The notes beneath the pieces were generated by a model. It was not told where the DNA came from, ran no database searches, and worked only from the letters and a program-made list of their open reading frames with translations. From Oceanithermus desulfurans (GTDB taxonomy: Bacteria > Deinococcota > Deinococci > Deinococcales > Marinithermaceae): a stretch of DNA of 64,000 nt. The stretch lies in NCBI RefSeq assembly GCF_014201675.1, contig NZ_JACHEZ010000010.1, positions 14,640 through 78,639 of the forward strand. The letters are read 5' to 3'. Shown one piece after another: positions 45,394 to 53,994 of this stretch (positions within the stretch are counted from its first letter, which is position 1; the number at the start of each line of letters is the position of its first letter). Position numbers and translations under genes: made by a program.

Positions 45394-46835
45394 TTTGCCT
45401 CCTTGATCGCTTGCTCGACCGCACGTTTGGATATGTCCATTACTATACCATAACCATCATTGTCCCCCCTGTCTACGTAAGCCCTAAAAAGGTCCAACTT
45501 GTACGGCCTGGTGACTACAACAGGGGACTCTAATGCAATATCCTGTACTTCTCCATGCACATCCTCAATAAATATCTGACTAAAATTAGGAGTCTTGTTA
45601 TATTCATAGAGCTTTCGGGACTTGCCGTCTATTAATATTCTTGGTTGTTCTTTAGACAGTGCAGAATTGTATTGTTCAATTTCATTTATCACGTAGTTTT
45701 TTACGAGAGTGGATATACTAGGCATAATCTCATCAAATACACCTTTGTCTCTGAGCATTTGTTTTACTAATAGATGAATATCTATAGCTTTATATAAATT
45801 ACGTTCTAATAATTGCTTAGCTAATTTAGATATTCTTAGTATATCGGACTCTGCCAAGTAGTAGAGGCTATTCCAGAATACAGTGTCATCCAATTGCAGG
45901 ATGTTATCTATATTCTTAGGTTCGTTGACGAAATTGACATATTGGTGGTTCTCAGGTAAACCAAGCCTCTTGACGCCAGATGCTCCCTCACTTTTAATTA
46001 TCTTAAATACTTCGGTAAGCAAAGCGGTGAACATACTTTCTGCAGCACGAACTGCTTTATGAAAATACACAGTTGGATACAGCTGAAAAAGCGAGAGAAC
46101 ATAAGTTTCTGCAGCATATATAGCTTTTCTATTCAAAGTAAGCGTAGTTAGTTCGCTGTAACGCTCTCCGTCCTCAGAGTACAAAGGGATTATGCCGATC
46201 TCCATATTCGATAGCAGCCAGGTAAAGTCTATTGCGCTGTTCTGAATCCCTACCATAAGTCTATCCCGCTGCATGTAATCTAGGCGGTCTGCATCAAATT
46301 GACTCGATACAATAGCGTCATAGATATCCTCTGGCTCTTTGGAAATGACGTTTGCGACATCGTCAGGAAAGCCGCTACCCAGGCTTGATAACACGTCAGC
46401 AATCTCGCTATCCGTAATAAGTCGCCTACTTTTCTCCTCGTGGCTTATACTGTCTACCTTAGTAATAGCAAGCACATCTTCGAATGCATGACTGAACATA
46501 CCATGGCCAACATCGTGCAGCAAAGCTGCGGCCAGAACAATATTGGCCTTAGTAGCTGAAAAATTAATATCCAGTCTCCTTTTGATTATATTTATTAGTT
46601 TCCTTGCTATATGAAATGTTCCTATACTATGGATAAACCTAGTATGTGTGGCTCCAGGATACACAAGATCAGTAAAACCAAGCTGTTTGATTCTTCTGAG
46701 TCTTTGGAAGGGTCTAGTTTGAATGACTCTCCACATGTGGTATTCAAATTCTGTATTATCAAATTCAATTAGATTATGCACCGGATCTCTTATTCTCTGT
46801 GGTTTCCTCGTCACATGAATCGCCTCTGGTGTCAT
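45390..46835 (-). CDS. HD-domain dNTP triphosphohydrolase (dGTPase/SAMHD1-like) protein, 481 aa
   Basis: 'HTRFIHSIGTFHIARKL' (His), 'AALLHDVGHGMFSH' (HD motif), 'DADRLDYMQRDRLMVGI' (dGTPase/SAMHD1 catalytic Asp motif). About 38% GC versus about 68% for the flanks. Confidence 0.7.
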   Translation of the reverse strand: MTPEAIHVTRKPQRIRDPVHNLIEFDNTEFEYHMWRVIQTRPFQRLRRIKQLGFTDLVYPGATHTRFIHSIGTFHIARKLINIIKRRLDINFSATKANIVLAAALLHDVGHGMFSHAFEDVLAITKVDSISHEEKSRRLITDSEIADVLSSLGSGFPDDVANVISKEPEDIYDAIVSSQFDADRLDYMQRDRLMVGIQNSAIDFTWLLSNMEIGIIPLYSEDGERYSELTTLTLNRKAIYAAETYVLSLFQLYPTVYFHKAVRAAESMFTALLTEVFKIIKSEGASGVKRLGLPENHQYVNFVNEPKNIDNILQLDDTVFWNSLYYLAESDILRISKLAKQLLERNLYKAIDIHLLVKQMLRDKGVFDEIMPSISTLVKNYVINEIEQYNSALSKEQPRILIDGKSRKLYEYNKTPNFSQIFIEDVHGEVQDIALESPVVVTRPYKLDLFRAYVDRGDNDGYGIVMDISKRAVEQAIKEAK

Positions 46836-46900
46836 ATTACAAATGTAATAGCATGTTTAATGTTCATTTTCAACAGTGGTAACAGTGGTACAGTTGGTCC
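46836..46900 (-). promoter_or_regulatory. Putative promoter of the HD-Panacea operon (TTGAAA-17-TATTAC, about 9 nt before ATG) preceded by the tandem repeat TACCACTGT x2
   Basis: Read on the minus strand: '...tgtaccactgttaccactgTTGAAAatgaacattaaacatgcTATTACatttgtaatATG'. Confidence 0.35.
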
Positions 46901-47137
46901 TGGCACAGGCGCTCTTGTTCCCAAGGCTTTGCAGCGGAGAGTATTGCTAGAGGGCTTTGTTTTAGGCGCTCAGCTCACGGTGATAATAGCTGTACAAACG
47001 ATATAGCGCGCGGCTTAGATTGCTACATTGCTCGAGCTGAGTGCTGACCCATATCCCTAGTGTTAGACGCACGGAACTTACCATGCCACTCTTTGATTGT
47101 GAAGCGCGAAAGCCATAGACTGAAGGGGGAGGCCGCA

Positions 47138-47653
47138 ATGAAAGCCCTTTTGCGCCGCAGGTCGCCGGTACTGGCTCTGGCGATGCTGGCCCTATTTGCG
47201 TGGGCCCAGCCGCAGGACGTCCCCTGGCCGGTCGACACCGCCCAACCCGACTGGGACTACGGTTTCTGGTTCGACAAGAACACGGCGCGCTGGCAAACGT
47301 TCGCCCCGGCCCATCCCGAGCTGCGGGCGCTGGCCGTCTACGTCGACCGAATGGGGGACCCGGGTACGGTCGTGGTGGAGCTGCAAGACCCCGACGGCCA
47401 AGCGCTCGCGCGGGTCAGCGGCAAACCCGAAAGGGGAGGCTGGCTCTACCTGCCCTTCGAAAAGGCCGTCCGGGTGACCCCCGGCAGGCTCTACCGGATC
47501 TACGTATACAGCGACCGGGTATCGCCCAATCCCAGGCAGCGGTTCTTCTGGCGGGGAATCCGGTCGAGCCGCTTCTGCCCGGTCTGCACGACCGACGTCG
47601 CCAGTGGCTGGCCGCAGTTCCGCTACGCCTTCGTCGTCTACGCTTCCCGCTGA
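47138..47653 (+). CDS. Secreted hypothetical protein
   Basis: Signal peptide 'MKALLRRRSPVLALAMLALFAWAQP'; 171 aa from the internal Met. Confidence 0.55.
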   Translation: MKALLRRRSPVLALAMLALFAWAQPQDVPWPVDTAQPDWDYGFWFDKNTARWQTFAPAHPELRALAVYVDRMGDPGTVVVELQDPDGQALARVSGKPERGGWLYLPFEKAVRVTPGRLYRIYVYSDRVSPNPRQRFFWRGIRSSRFCPVCTTDVASGWPQFRYAFVVYASR

Positions 47654-47696
47654 ACCCGCTTGCCCGGGGCCCGCGGCCGCGGTTATAGTAAGCGCA

Positions 47697-47738
47697 ATGA
47701 AACGCTTCGCCGTTCGCTTCTGGTGGTGGCCCGGTTAA
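47697..47738 (+). CDS. trpL: trp operon leader peptide MKRFAVRFWWWPG (three consecutive Trp codons)
   Basis: 14-codon ORF with WWW. Followed by alternative hairpins sharing the self-complementary CCCGGGGCG segments and a terminator just upstream of trpE. Confidence 0.7.
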   Translation: MKRFAVRFWWWPG

Positions 47739-47765
47739 CCCCGGGGCGGACGGCCTGTGCTTGAT

Positions 47766-47800
47766 TCCCGGGGCGATGCACACCGGGAGTTTTTATTTTG
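47766..47800 (+). terminator. Attenuator terminator: TCCCGG...CCGGGA stem followed by GTTTTTATTTT
   Basis: Hairpin plus U-tract ending about 15 nt before the trpE start; an upstream CCCCGGGGCG copy can form the antiterminator. Confidence 0.65.
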
Positions 47801-47812
47801 CTTGCCAAGGAG

Positions 47813-49222
47813 ATGACGATGAAGACGAAACCCGTGGTCAAGACCCTGCTCGCCGATCTGGAAACGCCGGTGACCGCCTACCTGAAGCTGGCCGAGAAAG
47901 CGCCGGTAAGTTTCCTGCTCGAGTCGGTGGAGGCGGGCAAGCGCTGGAGCCGCTACTCGATCATCGGCGTCGGGGCCAGGCGCACCTTCCGGCTGAGGGA
48001 CGGCGCCTTCACCATCGACGGCACCGAGGTAAAGGCCGAGGACCCGCTGGCCACGCTCTACCACGCGGTGCATCGCGAGGTGGAAAACGGTCACGAGCTG
48101 CCGCCCTTCTGGGGCGGGGCGGTGGGCTACGTGGCCTACGACCTGGTGCGCTACTACGAAGAGCTGCCCGACGCCAACCCCGACGAGATCGGCGCGCCCG
48201 ACCTGCTCTTCGTCGAGCCCGAACTGGTGGTGGTCTTCGACCACCTGAAGCAGGTGCTGCACCTCGTGGCCCCGGCGCTGGGCGACGGCCCCTCGGCCGC
48301 CGCCCGCGCCCGGGAGCTGCTGGACGCCGCCGAGCGCAGGCTGCGGGGGCCGCTGCCGGGGGTGCCGGGCGGGCGCGGCGGGCGCAAGACCGCGTTCCGC
48401 GCTAACCTGAGCCCTGCGGACTACGCCCGCATCGTCGAAAAAAGCAAGGAGTACATCCGCGCCGGCGACATCTTCCAGGTGGTGCCCTCGGTGCGCTTCA
48501 CCGCCGAGCTGGGGGTGCACCCCTTCGCCCTCTACCGGGCGCTCAGGAGCGTCAACCCCAGCCCCTACATGGGCTACCTTGACCTGGGCGAGGTGACGCT
48601 CGTCTCGGCCAGCCCCGAGAGCCTGCTGCGCGCCGAAGGCCGCCGCGTGACCACCCGCCCCATCGCCGGCACCCGGCCGCGCGGGGCTACGCCCGAGGAG
48701 GACCGGGCGCTGGCCGAGGAGCTGCTGGCCGACGAGAAGGAGCGCGCCGAGCACGTGATGCTGGTGGACCTGAGCCGCAACGACCTCGGCCGGGTGGCCA
48801 AGCACGGAAGCGTTCGGGTGGAGGAGTTGATGCGGGTGGAGCATTACTCACACGTCATGCACATCGTCAGCACCGTGACCGGGGAGCTGGAAGAGGGCAA
48901 GACGCCGCTCGACGCGCTGGCGAGCGTGATTCCGATGGGCACGGTCAGCGGCGCGCCCAAGATTCGGGCGATGGAGATCATCGACGAACTCGAGCCCACC
49001 CGCCGCGGCCCCTACGGCGGCGCCTTCGGCTACATCGCCTACGACGGCGCCATGGACGTGGCGCTGACGCTGCGCACCTTCGTGATCGCCGGCGGCAAAG
49101 TGCACGTCCAGGCGGGGGCCGGCGTGGTGGCCGACAGCGACCCCGAGCGCGAGTACCAGGAGTGCGTGAACAAGGCGAAGGCGTTGATGAGAGCAGTCGA
49201 ATTGGCAGAGAAGGGGTTGTGA
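47813..49222 (+). CDS. trpE: Anthranilate synthase component I
   Basis: 'LLESVEAGKRWSRYS', 'GDIFQVVPS', 'SPESLLR...TRPIAGTRPRG', 'GAVGYIAYDGAMD'; 468 aa. Confidence 0.92.
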   Translation: MTMKTKPVVKTLLADLETPVTAYLKLAEKAPVSFLLESVEAGKRWSRYSIIGVGARRTFRLRDGAFTIDGTEVKAEDPLATLYHAVHREVENGHELPPFWGGAVGYVAYDLVRYYEELPDANPDEIGAPDLLFVEPELVVVFDHLKQVLHLVAPALGDGPSAAARARELLDAAERRLRGPLPGVPGGRGGRKTAFRANLSPADYARIVEKSKEYIRAGDIFQVVPSVRFTAELGVHPFALYRALRSVNPSPYMGYLDLGEVTLVSASPESLLRAEGRRVTTRPIAGTRPRGATPEEDRALAEELLADEKERAEHVMLVDLSRNDLGRVAKHGSVRVEELMRVEHYSHVMHIVSTVTGELEEGKTPLDALASVIPMGTVSGAPKIRAMEIIDELEPTRRGPYGGAFGYIAYDGAMDVALTLRTFVIAGGKVHVQAGAGVVADSDPEREYQECVNKAKALMRAVELAEKGL

Positions 49223-49240
49223 GGGTGGAAAGACGAATTA

Positions 49241-49401
49241 GCCTGTGGCTTGTAGCTTGTAGCTTGTGGAAAAACCATTCGATCAATCCCACAGGCTACG
49301 GGCCCCTGGCCACGGGCTCTTCTCGCTTGCGGCTTGTGACTCGTGGCTTGTGGAAAAACCATCCAATCGAGTCCGCAGACTACAAGCCACAGGCTACGGG
49401 C
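49241..49401. repeat. Two tandem copies (about 85 bp each) of the palindromic repeat family: GCYTGTRGCTYGTGG...CTTGTGGAAAAACCATYCRATC...CCRCAGRCTACRRGCCACAGGCTACGGGC
   Basis: Degenerate direct repeats with internal inverted symmetry, lying between trpE and the four-helix-bundle gene. Not exact, so not a CRISPR array. Confidence 0.6.
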
Positions 49402-49420
49402 CGTCCGTGGAGGTGTTTGA

Positions 49421-49783
49421 ATGCCTGAAAGCGTCGAAAACCTTCGCATCTGGCAGGAAGGTATGCAACTGGCCAAAGACATTTACCGGGCCTCGAGTTC
49501 CTGGCCCAAAGAAGAGGTTTATGGCTTAACTACCCAGGTGCGCCGGGCCGTTGTTTCCATTCCCGCCAACCTGGCCGAGGGCGTCGGCCGCGGCACGGCC
49601 GCCGAGCTTTCACGGTATTCGCGGATTGCACTGGGAAGCGCTTACGAATTGGGTACGCTGCTTAGGCTCGCGCGCGATTTTGGCTACTTGGCGCATGCAA
49701 ACTTCGAGGAACTGAACGTGCGCGTTTCGTCCCTTGCCAAGCAAATCTCCGCCTTCATCTCCTACCAGGAGGGCCGCAAATGA
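49421..49783 (+). CDS. Four-helix-bundle protein (23S rRNA intervening-sequence protein / Avd-like, TIGR02436 family)
   Basis: 120 aa. 'NLRIWQEGMQLAKDIYRASSSWPKEEVYGLTTQVRRAVVSIPANLAEGVGRGTAAE' is the family signature. Lies inside the trp operon; its stop overlaps the annotated trpG ATG. Confidence 0.75.
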   Translation: MPESVENLRIWQEGMQLAKDIYRASSSWPKEEVYGLTTQVRRAVVSIPANLAEGVGRGTAAELSRYSRIALGSAYELGTLLRLARDFGYLAHANFEELNVRVSSLAKQISAFISYQEGRK

Positions 49784-50475
49784 AAGGCAAGAAACCACAG
49801 GCCACAGGCCACGAGCTACAGGCTGAAGAGGTGCCCCCCACCTCCCACCCCCTATCCCCCGCCCCCCACCTCCTGCTCATCGACAACTACGACTCCTTCA
49901 CCTACAACCTCGCCGACTACCTGGGTCAGCTGGGGGCGCGGCTGACCGTCTGGCGCAACGACAAGTTCGCGCTCGAGGACGTGGAGCGGCTGGCCCCCGA
50001 CGCCGTGGTCATCTCGCCGGGACCGGGCACGCCCGAGGAGGCGGGGCTCTCGATCCCGCTCGTCCGGGAGTACGCCCCCAGGCTACCCATCCTCGGCGTC
50101 TGCCTGGGCCACCAGGCCATCGGCGCCGCCTTCGGCGCGAAGGTGGTGCCGGCACCGCGCATCATGCACGGCAAGACCAGCCCCATCGAGCACTCGGGGC
50201 AGGGCATCTTCATGGGGCTGCCCAACCCCTTCACCGCCACCCGCTACCACTCGCTGGTCATCGACGATCTGCCCGGCAAGCTCGAGGTGCTGGCCTGGAC
50301 GCCCGAGGAAGGGCAGCAGACCGTGCAGGCGGTGCGCCACGTGCGCTTCCCCACGGTCGGCGTGCAGTTCCACCCCGAGAGCATTCTCACCGAGCTGGGG
50401 CTGCAGCTCTTGGCCAACTGGCTCGGCGAGGTCGGGCTGTTCTGGAAGACCCACCCACGGGAGGAGGAGCAATGA
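49780..50475 (+). CDS. trpG: Anthranilate synthase component II (glutamine amidotransferase); true start possibly GTG at 49831
   Basis: 'LLLIDNYDSFTYNL', 'SPGPGTP', 'LGVCLGHQAI', 'HPES' are class-I GATase motifs. Confidence 0.9.
   Translation: MKGKKPQATGHELQAEEVPPTSHPLSPAPHLLLIDNYDSFTYNLADYLGQLGARLTVWRNDKFALEDVERLAPDAVVISPGPGTPEEAGLSIPLVREYAPRLPILGVCLGHQAIGAAFGAKVVPAPRIMHGKTSPIEHSGQGIFMGLPNPFTATRYHSLVIDDLPGKLEVLAWTPEEGQQTVQAVRHVRFPTVGVQFHPESILTELGLQLLANWLGEVGLFWKTHPREEEQ
49795..49823. repeat. Partial copy of the repeat (CCACAGGCCACAGGCCACGAGCTACAGGC) overlapping the annotated 5' end of trpG
   Basis: Same motif family. It encodes the 'KPQATGHELQAE' N-terminal extension if the ATG at 49780 is used. 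Confidence 0.55.
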
Positions 50476-51470
50476 ACGCGTTGCACAAGGTACTCGACGG
50501 CAAGACCCTGACCCAGGACGAAGCCCGGGCGCTGATGGGCCGGATGATGGCCGGCGAGCTCAGCCCGGTGCAGACGGCGGCGCTGCTCGCGGCGCTCAAG
50601 GTGCGCGGCGAAACGCCCGACGAGATCGCCGGCTTCGCCCACGCCATGCGCGAGGCGGCGCGGCCGGTGCAGGTGAAGGGCGAACTGGTGGACGTGGTGG
50701 GCACCGGCGGCGACGGCGCGGGCACCTTCAACATCTCGACCACCGTCGCCTTCGTGCTGGCGGCGGCGGGCCTGCGGGTCGCCAAGCACGGCAACCGCGC
50801 CGCCAGCTCCAAGAGCGGCTCGGCCGACCTGCTCGAGGCCCTGGGGGTGAACATCGAGCTGGAGCCAGAGCGGGTGGCCCGGGTGATCGAGGAGGTGGGC
50901 ATCGGCTTCCTCTTCGCCCGTACCCACCACCCGGCCATGCGCCACGTCGCCCCGGTGCGGGCCGAGCTGAAGACCCGCACCGTCTTCAACGTGCTGGGGC
51001 CGCTCACCAACCCGGCGCGGGCGCGGTACTTCCTGCTGGGCGTCTACGGCCCCGAACTGCTCGAGCCCATGGCCTACGCCCTGGCCGAACTGGGGGTGAA
51101 GGGGGCGTGGGTGGTCCATTCGCGCGGCACCGACGAGCTGACGTTGGGCGAAAACGAGGTGGTGGAGCTCCGGGACGGGCGCACCCGGCGCTTCAGCTTC
51201 CGCGCCGCCGACTACGGTCTGGAAGAGGCCCCGCTGGAAGCGCTGGCCGGGGGCACGCCCGAAGAGAACGCCGCGCTGACCCGCCGCATCCTCAGCGGCC
51301 AGGAAGCCGGGCCCAAGCGCGACGTGGTGGCGCTCAACGCCGCCGCCGCGCTGGTGGCCGCGGGCCGGGCCGCTGCGCTGGAAGAGGGGCTCGAGCAGGC
51401 GGGCAAGGTGCTGTACAGCGGCGCGGCGCTGGAGGTGCTCGAACGCCTGGTCGCGGCCACGCAGGGGTAA
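50472..51470 (+). CDS. trpD: Anthranilate phosphoribosyltransferase
   Basis: 'VDVVGTGGDGAGTFNISTTVAFVLAAAG', 'KHGNRAASSKSGSADLLEALG'; 332 aa. Confidence 0.92.
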   Translation: MNALHKVLDGKTLTQDEARALMGRMMAGELSPVQTAALLAALKVRGETPDEIAGFAHAMREAARPVQVKGELVDVVGTGGDGAGTFNISTTVAFVLAAAGLRVAKHGNRAASSKSGSADLLEALGVNIELEPERVARVIEEVGIGFLFARTHHPAMRHVAPVRAELKTRTVFNVLGPLTNPARARYFLLGVYGPELLEPMAYALAELGVKGAWVVHSRGTDELTLGENEVVELRDGRTRRFSFRAADYGLEEAPLEALAGGTPEENAALTRRILSGQEAGPKRDVVALNAAAALVAAGRAAALEEGLEQAGKVLYSGAALEVLERLVAATQG

Positions 51471-51476
51471 ACCGCG

Positions 51477-51506
51477 GACCGCCGCGGGCCGGGCCCGCGG
51501 CGGTCC
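51477..51506. terminator. Perfect 15-bp inverted repeat GGACCGCCGCGGGCC/GGCCCGCGGCGGTCC between convergent trpD and the 51528 gene; likely bidirectional terminator (no U-tract)
   Basis: Reverse-complement comparison of the 3' intergenic region. Confidence 0.5.
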
Positions 51507-51527
51507 AGATCATGTAACAGCCAGGGG

Positions 51528-52727
51528 CTACGGAGCGGTGTAGGTGTCCCGGTCCCCAGCGATCCGAGCGGACTCGCCCGCAGGAAGCCCGAAAAGGCTG
51601 TCCTCGGTCGAGAGGTCGAACATCTCGGAGGTCGTCAGAGACGAATAAAATGCGCTGCTGTTTACGCTCACGGTGTCCCCGCTCGCCGGGGCGAAGCCGG
51701 TAAACCCGGTCAGACCCGTCAGATCGGGCAGGGTGTACGACGTCGCGCTCGCTAAGAAGCCCGTCGACACCATCGCGCTGAGGGTCTTGGTCGCCCAGCT
51801 CATGGTGATGCCGTACATGCGCAGCTGCGGGTCGCTGACACTCAGCCCGCTGATCGTGGGGAAGGTGTCGGAACTGACCGTGACGCTAAAGGGTGCGGGC
51901 AGATCAGCCGTAAAGCTGGCGCCCGGAGTCGTCGACGTGGCCAGGTGGATCAGGTTCTGCACACCGGACCCGTCCGAGGCCATGACGAAGGCCAGATCGT
52001 GGTCGCTGAACGCGAACGAAGTGAAGGAGCCTCCTGAGGATCCGAGGATCCCGCCCATCACTCCCGTACCTTTCGGCGTTATCGTAAGCATCATCGCACC
52101 GGCCGTCGGCCAGCCCGCGGGCACCTGGGCACTGAAGTCGGCGATGCTGCCGGAGATCACGTTGGCTGTGTCGCCCGCGGCGAGGGTGATGCTGTAGCTC
52201 CCGCCAGCGGTTACGTTGACGGTCAACATGTCGGCAGCGATGGGCGTACCGCTACCGTCGAGCGCCACGAGCACCAGGTCCTGCTCCCCCGTGCTGCCGT
52301 CGGTAACGTTGAAGGTGCCCGCGGTGGTGCCCGCGGTCATCGCGTTGTCCCCGTAGTAAAGGGCCGCCTCTACGGCGCCCGCGACGCTCGTTACGTCAAA
52401 GGTCACGTCGAAGGCTATGGGGCTCGCGGCTGCCGGTGGGCAGGAGAGGTCGGGCGTCTCGGTGTCGGCCTTGGTAAGCGACCATACGGTGGTGTCGTCG
52501 CCGCAGCGTACGGCCACCTCGTAGGCGCCCGTCGCCGTGAACGCGAACGACGTCACATCGTCCGGAACCTGCCAGCTACCGCTGCCCACGCGGTAGGCGG
52601 CGGCATCGGCACCGGTGGCCGTGACGCTCACGTTCTTCGCCGGCGCGGGGCTGGGGCAGGCGGTGAGGACCAGGGCCGTCAATACCAGCAACATTAAACC
52701 TGCTAACGTTCGTATCATCGGTATCAC
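51528..52727 (-). CDS. Secreted lipoprotein, hypothetical (399 aa, Thr/Ser/Gly-rich beta protein)
   Basis: Signal peptide with lipobox 'LVLTACPSP'. Confidence 0.5.
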   Translation of the reverse strand: MIPMIRTLAGLMLLVLTALVLTACPSPAPAKNVSVTATGADAAAYRVGSGSWQVPDDVTSFAFTATGAYEVAVRCGDDTTVWSLTKADTETPDLSCPPAAASPIAFDVTFDVTSVAGAVEAALYYGDNAMTAGTTAGTFNVTDGSTGEQDLVLVALDGSGTPIAADMLTVNVTAGGSYSITLAAGDTANVISGSIADFSAQVPAGWPTAGAMMLTITPKGTGVMGGILGSSGGSFTSFAFSDHDLAFVMASDGSGVQNLIHLATSTTPGASFTADLPAPFSVTVSSDTFPTISGLSVSDPQLRMYGITMSWATKTLSAMVSTGFLASATSYTLPDLTGLTGFTGFAPASGDTVSVNSSAFYSSLTTSEMFDLSTEDSLFGLPAGESARIAGDRDTYTAP

Positions 52728-52928
52728 CTCAGCGCGATTGTAGGACGTATGCCCCTTCCGTTTTGGTCATTACCGCTCCCAACATATAGTTTGTACCAAG
52801 TCAAACCAGAAGACCTCGCAGTCACCCCCAGGGGGCGTAGTTGGCGCCGTCTTTCTCCGAAACGGTAAGCCCGGCCCCAACCAGCGGGCGCCCGGGGCCT
52901 CCCCCGGGCGCCCGAGTCGGCGCTACAG

Positions 52929-53831
52929 TTAAGAGTTCGGCACGCACACGGGATCCTGGGAATCCACCGTGATGCACACCTGCGCGGCCGACCAAGTGAT
53001 CGTCACGCTCGTGCTGGTCCCGTCGCAGTCGGTACCGCTGAAGCTGGCGGTTCCGCTATCGATCAAACCGCCCGTGTAGTGCACACCCGATAGGCTCACC
53101 TCGAGGTCCCAACCGGAGGCGCAAGAGGCATCGGTTCCACTAAAGCTTCCGATGGCGTTCAGGGTGCCGTCGCCCCAGGGGTTCTGCGCATCGTCGGGCG
53201 TCCAGGTGCCGCTGAGGTTGTAGCTGAAGGTGTAGGTATCGCCGTTGTAATCGACCTGCCAGCTTCCCTCGTAGTCGAAGTCGTACTGGCTCCCCTGCTT
53301 GACGAGGTCGTGCCGGGTCAACGTCCAGGTCCAGGTCAGGGAATCCCCGCCGCCGCTGAACCCCCATTCCACCTCGCCGCTCACCTTGATGCCGGCTTCG
53401 GGGTCGGCGTCGTTGGGGTCCTGCACGTTGAGGTCGTTGTACTGCCAGTACCCGCTGAACGAGCCCTCACCGCCGCTGTAGCTCCAGGTGCAGCGGCCGT
53501 TGTAGCTGGCGTTTACGGGAATGCCGTCACCGTCGGCATCGGTTAGCGCTCCCGTCACCGTCACGCTGTCGCAATCCCAGCTCGCCACATCCAGTGGAGC
53601 CGCTCCCGAAGAAAAGGGCAGGAAGAGCACCGGTATCGGCATTCCGGCCAGCGTCAGCGGCTCCGACAGCTTGTAGAGCTGTTCGTTGGCGGTGCTAAGC
53701 GGAGCCGCCACGTCCCGCGGGTCCAGCGAGCTACCCCCGCCGCCGCTCCCACCGCCGGGAGCCTGCCCTCCGCAGGCTGCCAGAAGAGCGGCCAAGGCAA
53801 CGCCAAGAAGCATCCACCACTTCCTCATCAC
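52929..53831 (-). CDS. Secreted lipoprotein, hypothetical (Gly/Ser/Thr/Asp-rich)
   Basis: Lipobox 'LLAACGG'; 300 aa. Confidence 0.5.
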   Translation of the reverse strand: MMRKWWMLLGVALAALLAACGGQAPGGGSGGGGSSLDPRDVAAPLSTANEQLYKLSEPLTLAGMPIPVLFLPFSSGAAPLDVASWDCDSVTVTGALTDADGDGIPVNASYNGRCTWSYSGGEGSFSGYWQYNDLNVQDPNDADPEAGIKVSGEVEWGFSGGGDSLTWTWTLTRHDLVKQGSQYDFDYEGSWQVDYNGDTYTFSYNLSGTWTPDDAQNPWGDGTLNAIGSFSGTDASCASGWDLEVSLSGVHYTGGLIDSGTASFSGTDCDGTSTSVTITWSAAQVCITVDSQDPVCVPNS

Positions 53832-53994
53832 GCACCTCCTTCGTTCGGTAGGCGTCGTCAGGGAGAAGCAGAAGACGGCAACGGAGCTTCCAGCGACTTC
53901 AGGTACATTTTATCACGCGCATATGCAGTCACCCGAACCTGCAGGAATTGGTCGGAAGCCACCTCAGGAACTCAAGGTCGGTTAGACTGAGCCC

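Noticed and set aside
46776-47006. 76-aa ORF in the promoter region of the HD gene
   Set aside because: It overlaps the HD gene start and its putative promoter, with no conservation cues; likely spurious.
49241-49401. Possible CRISPR array (regularly spaced repeats near trpE)
   Set aside because: The repeat copies are degenerate (many mismatches and indels) with internal palindromic symmetry, and no cas genes are nearby. This is REP/MITE-like rather than CRISPR.
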